Of a stretch of DNA of 64,000 bases, positions 59,981 to 64,000 are shown piece after piece. The notes under the pieces are model-generated. The model ran no database searches, had not been told where the DNA came from, and was given only the letters and a program-made list of their open reading frames with translations. Origin of the DNA: Muribaculaceae bacterium (lineage in GTDB: Bacteria; Bacteroidota; Bacteroidia; Bacteroidales; Muribaculaceae). How positions within the stretch are numbered: the first letter of the stretch is position 1; each line of letters starts with the position of its first letter. The DNA is taken from positions 255,064 to 319,063 of the forward strand of contig JAMPAK010000001.1 of NCBI GenBank assembly GCA_023667285.1, written 5' to 3'. The position numbers and the translations under genes were made by a program.

Positions 59981-60570
59981 AACGTCTCCTCATCAATCTT
60001 CTGCTCATGGCACTCGCCACAGTGATTGTGGTGTGGCTTGCCATGATGTGGCTCGACATATGGACTCGCCACGGCGACACCATCACCGTCCCCACCGTCA
60101 AGTCCATGACTTACGACAAAGCCTTCAACACCCTCACAGACATGGGGCTTAAGGGAATAGTGGCAGACTCTGTCTATGACACCCACACCGCCCCCGGGAC
60201 CGTCATCGAGCAGAACCCCAAGGCAGGCACCGTGGTAAAGGAGGGGCGCGAGGTGTTCCTCACCATCACTGCCTTCTCTCCAAAGGTGGTGACCCTACCG
60301 GCACTGACCGACATCTCGCTCCGCCAGGCCATCTCAATTCTTGAAGGTCTGGAGATAACAAATATCGTGGAGCGTCGTGTCCCCAGCGACTTCAAGGACC
60401 TGGTGGTTGGCGTCCGCTACAAGGGTGCACGTCTCATGCCCGGAGCCCGCGTCCCTGTCAATGCTGAGATCGAGCTCGAGGTAGGAGAGGGAATGCCTGA
60501 ATACTCCGACTCTCTCACCATAGAGTCAGACTCCGCCATCGTCTCCGACCAATTGAATCTGTTTGAATAA
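59977..60570 (+). CDS. PASTA-domain protein
   Basis: N-terminal TM, WTRHGDTITVP, VIEQNPKAG PASTA repeats. Typical Bacteroidetes neighbour of rluD. Confidence 0.88.
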   Translation: MKRLLINLLLMALATVIVVWLAMMWLDIWTRHGDTITVPTVKSMTYDKAFNTLTDMGLKGIVADSVYDTHTAPGTVIEQNPKAGTVVKEGREVFLTITAFSPKVVTLPALTDISLRQAISILEGLEITNIVERRVPSDFKDLVVGVRYKGARLMPGARVPVNAEIELEVGEGMPEYSDSLTIESDSAIVSDQLNLFE

Positions 60571-61637
60571 TGGACCAAGAGCAACTCTATGAGCCTCTCG
60601 ACCCTGAAATAGATGAGACCGGGGAGAGCGGCGGGAGCGAGGACAATGGCCTCTATGAACATTTCCGTTTCATCGCCGACAAGGGACAGCAACTCCTCAG
60701 GGTAGACAAGTTTCTTGTCATCCACATGGAGCATGCCTCGCGCAACCGCATCCAGCAGGCTGCTGAGGCAGGATGCATCCTTGTGAATGGGCGCCCCGTC
60801 AAATCCAACTATCGTGTCAAGCCCGGAGACCTCATACAGATTGTGATGGATCGTCCGCGCTACGAACTCGAGATCGTGGCTGAGGATATCCCGCTCGACA
60901 TCGTCTATGAGGACGACACGGTGCTTGTCGTAAACAAACCTGCAGGAATGGTGGTTCACCCCGGACACGGCAACTACAACGGCACTCTTGTCAACGCCCT
61001 TGCATGGCATTTCCGCGACAATCCTGACTATGATGTCTCCGACCCGCGCCTCGGTCTTGTCCATCGCATAGACAAAGATACCTCCGGGCTGCTTGTTGTG
61101 GCAAAGACGCCCGATGCAAAGACCCATCTGGGAAAACAGTTCTTCAACAAGACCACCAAGCGCGAATATAACGCCCTTGTGTGGGGACTGCCCTCCCCCC
61201 TCTCAGGGAAAATCGAGGGAAACATCGGGCGCGATCCAAGAGAGCGCTTGAAAATGACAGTCCTCCCGGCCGACGACCCCAACGGGAAGCATGCCGTGAC
61301 ACACTATGAGACCATCGAGGACTTCACACACACAGCCCTTGTCAAGTGTGTGCTGGAGACCGGCAGGACACATCAGATTCGAGTCCACATGACCCACATT
61401 GGCCATCCCCTCTTCGCCGATGCCCGATATGGCGGCGACAAGATTCTCAGAGGTGAGCGCTCCGGAGCATATCAGAAATTCATCCGCGACTGCATGGAGG
61501 CATGCCCGCGTCAGGCCCTGCATGCCAGGACTCTCGGCTTCATCCACCCCTCCACGGGCGAAGAGATGTTCTTCACAGCGCCCATCCCACCCGATATGGA
61601 GCGGCTCATTGAACTATGGAGAAACCGTATGCGTTAA
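60570..61637 (+). CDS. rluD: RluA/RluD family 23S rRNA pseudouridine synthase
   Basis: S4 domain RVDKFL, VNKPAGMVVHPG, HRIDKDTSG, TGRTHQIRVH, QALHA. Confidence 0.94.
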   Translation: MDQEQLYEPLDPEIDETGESGGSEDNGLYEHFRFIADKGQQLLRVDKFLVIHMEHASRNRIQQAAEAGCILVNGRPVKSNYRVKPGDLIQIVMDRPRYELEIVAEDIPLDIVYEDDTVLVVNKPAGMVVHPGHGNYNGTLVNALAWHFRDNPDYDVSDPRLGLVHRIDKDTSGLLVVAKTPDAKTHLGKQFFNKTTKREYNALVWGLPSPLSGKIEGNIGRDPRERLKMTVLPADDPNGKHAVTHYETIEDFTHTALVKCVLETGRTHQIRVHMTHIGHPLFADARYGGDKILRGERSGAYQKFIRDCMEACPRQALHARTLGFIHPSTGEEMFFTAPIPPDMERLIELWRNRMR

Positions 61638-61670
61638 AATCTAAACGACCCTCAACTTTCAACTAGATAT

Positions 61671-63077
61671 ATGGCTCAAATCACGGCAAGTTCATCGACT
61701 GAAGACCTAGGCAACAAATCCATAGGCAAACTGCTGGCCCAATACTCCATTCCGGCCATCATAGCCAGTGTGGCCACCTCACTATACAACATCATCGACT
61801 CTGTCTTCATCGGTCGAGGCGTCGGCCCCATGGCCATCGCCGGACTTGCCATCACATTCCCGCTCATGAACCTTGTGGCGGCATTCTGCATGATGATAGC
61901 CGCCGGCGGCGCTGCCATCAGTTCAATCTTCCTCGGACAGAAAAACTATGACAGAGCCACAGACGTAGTCAACAACGTGTTCACACTATGCATGATACAC
62001 GCCTTCGTGTTCGGTGGTCTCGCACTTCTGTTCCTCGACCCAATCCTCTACTTCTTTGGAGCCACAGACGCCACCATCCCCTACGCCCGCGAGTTCATGA
62101 GAGTGATCCTCTGGGCCACTCCACTGAGTTTCGTCTTCATTGGACTGAACAACCTTATGCGCGCCACCGGCTACCCCAAGAAGGCCATGGTCTCAGCCCT
62201 GATTTCCGTGGTCATCAACCTCGTGTTTGCTCCAATCTTCATTTTCAAACTCGAATGGGGCATCCAGGGAGCAGCTTGGGCCACAGTCCTTGGCCAGTTC
62301 ACAGCATGCGTCTGGGTGATGTTCCACTTCCTCTCCAAAAAAAGCTCAATCCACTTCAAACTGAGCAACAAATGGCTCACCGGGGCAATCGTGAAGCGAA
62401 TATATGCAATCGGTCTCTCCCCATTCCTCATGAACGTGACGGCCTGCGTTGTGGTCATCTTCCTCAACCGCGCCCTTCTTGACTACGGCGGCGACCAGGG
62501 CAATCTCTGCGTCGGAGCATATGGAATCATCAACAGAACCACAATGTTCTTTGTGATGATAGTCTTTGGCGTAACACAGGGCATGCAGCCCATCCTTGGC
62601 TTCAACATCGGCGCCGGACGCTTCGACCGCGTCAAGCGCACACTCCGCTCAGGCATATGGATTGGCGTAGCCATAACATCGCTAGGATGCCTCATAAGCG
62701 AGGCCTTCCCCGATGAGGTCAGCAGCCTCTTCACCACTGACCCGACACTTATCAGAATCGCGCGCGACGGTTTCAGGATTTTCTTCTTAGCCTATCCGGT
62801 TGTCGGCGCCCAGATTGTGATTCAGAACTTCTTCCAAAGTGTTGGCAAGCCCAAACTCTCCATATTCCTCTCCCTCACCCGCCAACTTATTTTCCTGCTT
62901 CCCTTCCTGCTCACCTTCCCGCGCTTTTGGGGTATCGACGGTGTCTGGGCATCCATGGCTTCCTCTGATTTCCTCGCATTCGTCGTGGCCATCATCACCC
63001 TTGTCTGGTGGATGAAACACGTCATGCGCAAGATGGAATTGAGAGCAGGATATATCACAGACGACATTTCCAAATGA
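61671..63077 (+). CDS. MATE family efflux transporter (MepA-like)
   Basis: LYNIIDSVFIG, MRATGYPK, GIQGAAWAT, GMQPILGFN, 12 TMs. Confidence 0.93.
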   Translation: MAQITASSSTEDLGNKSIGKLLAQYSIPAIIASVATSLYNIIDSVFIGRGVGPMAIAGLAITFPLMNLVAAFCMMIAAGGAAISSIFLGQKNYDRATDVVNNVFTLCMIHAFVFGGLALLFLDPILYFFGATDATIPYAREFMRVILWATPLSFVFIGLNNLMRATGYPKKAMVSALISVVINLVFAPIFIFKLEWGIQGAAWATVLGQFTACVWVMFHFLSKKSSIHFKLSNKWLTGAIVKRIYAIGLSPFLMNVTACVVVIFLNRALLDYGGDQGNLCVGAYGIINRTTMFFVMIVFGVTQGMQPILGFNIGAGRFDRVKRTLRSGIWIGVAITSLGCLISEAFPDEVSSLFTTDPTLIRIARDGFRIFFLAYPVVGAQIVIQNFFQSVGKPKLSIFLSLTRQLIFLLPFLLTFPRFWGIDGVWASMASSDFLAFVVAIITLVWWMKHVMRKMELRAGYITDDISK

Positions 63078-64000
63078 CACAGACTGTTGAACTTCGCGTC
63101 GACCCACGGACTGCCTCCGAAGAGATGTTGCTCCGCGCAGCCGCATCCACCGCACTCGCCATCGACGCAAACCGCATAAAGCATCTCCGCATCACCCGTC
63201 GCTCCATCGATGCCCGTCAGCGCAAGGTGATGGTAAACCTCTCAGTCAAACTTTGGCTCGACGAGATGCCTGAGTCAACCGCTCCTGAAATCAATGCCCC
63301 CGTCTACACCCCAGTTCCCTCTGACGCCCCTCAGGTCGTAGTGGTGGGCGCCGGTCCAGCCGGCCTTTTCGCTGCGCTACGCCTCATAGAGCTTGGCATT
63401 AAGCCGATTATCCTCGAGAGAGGCAAGGATGTGGACTCACGCCGCATAGACATGGCCAAAATCTCAAGAGAGAACATCGTGGATCCCGACTCAAACTATT
63501 GCTTTGGCGAGGGGGGTGCAGGTGCATTCTCTGACGGCAAACTCTACACTCGCAGCAAAAAGCGCGGGTCGGTCGATAAAATCCTCAACATCCTAGCCTC
63601 CCACGGTGCCCCTGAGGACATTCTCATCGACGCACATCCCCACATAGGGACCGACAAACTTCCGCGCGTCATCAAGTCCATGCGCGAGACCATCATCCGT
63701 TGCGGAGGCGAGGTGAGATTTTCCACACGTGTCACAGACCTGATCCTGTCAGGCAACACCGTCACAGGGGTCATCACCGCCGATGGCTCTGAGGTGTCCG
63801 GCCCAGTCATTCTTGCCACCGGACACTCCGCAAGAGACATCTACCGCATGCTCCTCAACCACAAGATAGACATGGAGCCTAAAGGACTGGCCATAGGTGT
63901 GAGATTGGAGCATCCACAGGAGCTCATCGACCGTCTCCGATACCACTCCAAGGATGGACGAGGCAAATGGCTCCCAGCGGCCGAATACACCATGCTCACT
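63074..64000 (+). CDS. FAD-dependent oxidoreductase (partial, runs off the window)
   Basis: Not in the ORF track. ATG 63074 overlaps the MATE stop and gives MTQTVELRVD...VVVVGAGPAGLFAAL...ERGKDV...NYCFGEGGAGAFSDGKLYTR...HPHIGTDKL...LATGHSARD. Confidence 0.88.
   Translation, partial: MTQTVELRVDPRTASEEMLLRAAASTALAIDANRIKHLRITRRSIDARQRKVMVNLSVKLWLDEMPESTAPEINAPVYTPVPSDAPQVVVVGAGPAGLFAALRLIELGIKPIILERGKDVDSRRIDMAKISRENIVDPDSNYCFGEGGAGAFSDGKLYTRSKKRGSVDKILNILASHGAPEDILIDAHPHIGTDKLPRVIKSMRETIIRCGGEVRFSTRVTDLILSGNTVTGVITADGSEVSGPVILATGHSARDIYRMLLNHKIDMEPKGLAIGVRLEHPQELIDRLRYHSKDGRGKWLPAAEYTMLT

Noticed and set aside
60417-61127. 236-aa antisense ORF over rluD, and many similar 60-200 aa ORFs opposite real genes (for example 13819-14439, 25511-26095, 27196-27783, 30383-30958)
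   Set aside because: They are shadows of well-supported genes on the other strand, with atypical composition.
1-64000. Frequent CTCGAG/CTCGA words as a possible methylation or uptake signal
   Set aside because: They are explained by the preference for CTC (Leu) followed by GAN codons. No count against a codon-shuffled null was possible.
1-64000. tRNA/rRNA genes, CRISPR arrays, IS elements, integrases, riboswitches
   Set aside because: None were recognised. The intergenic gaps are short (under about 330 bp) and are accounted for by promoters and terminators.

Overview
64 kb of a Bacteroidales chromosome. The gene set, CTC-rich codon usage and many TAnnTTTG sigma-ABfr promoters look Muribaculaceae-like, which is an inference. 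The window is almost fully coding and mostly core or housekeeping genes. Left to right it holds: the start of a surface-polysaccharide locus (partial Wzy-like membrane protein and two different wza-wzc pairs separated by an unknown 125-aa gene); PBP1A-ugd-fcl; a glyQS-lemA-FKBP-tgt-lptF/G operon; fumarase, an orphan kinase, prmC-recX-comF; nrdDG; alaS; an MBL hydrolase; a lone sufB with cvpA-valS; a GH28 divergent from a complete L-arabinose operon with a clear AraR operator; EamA-rubrerythrin-HxlR divergent from an RND efflux pump; rpoZ-bamD; a GHL10 hydrolase; and lon-PASTA-rluD-MATE-FAD oxidoreductase. I saw no tRNA, rRNA, CRISPR array, IS element, integrase or prophage. I found no clearly new multi-gene system. 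The best leads are three single genes: a YycJ/WalJ-like MBL hydrolase with an N-terminal beta-clamp-type motif (QPGLFD), a stand-alone DUF6291-like small protein divergent from lon, and the unknown 125-aa protein coupled to the wza-wzc modules. All family assignments come from reading the sequence and from recalled motifs. No searches were run.
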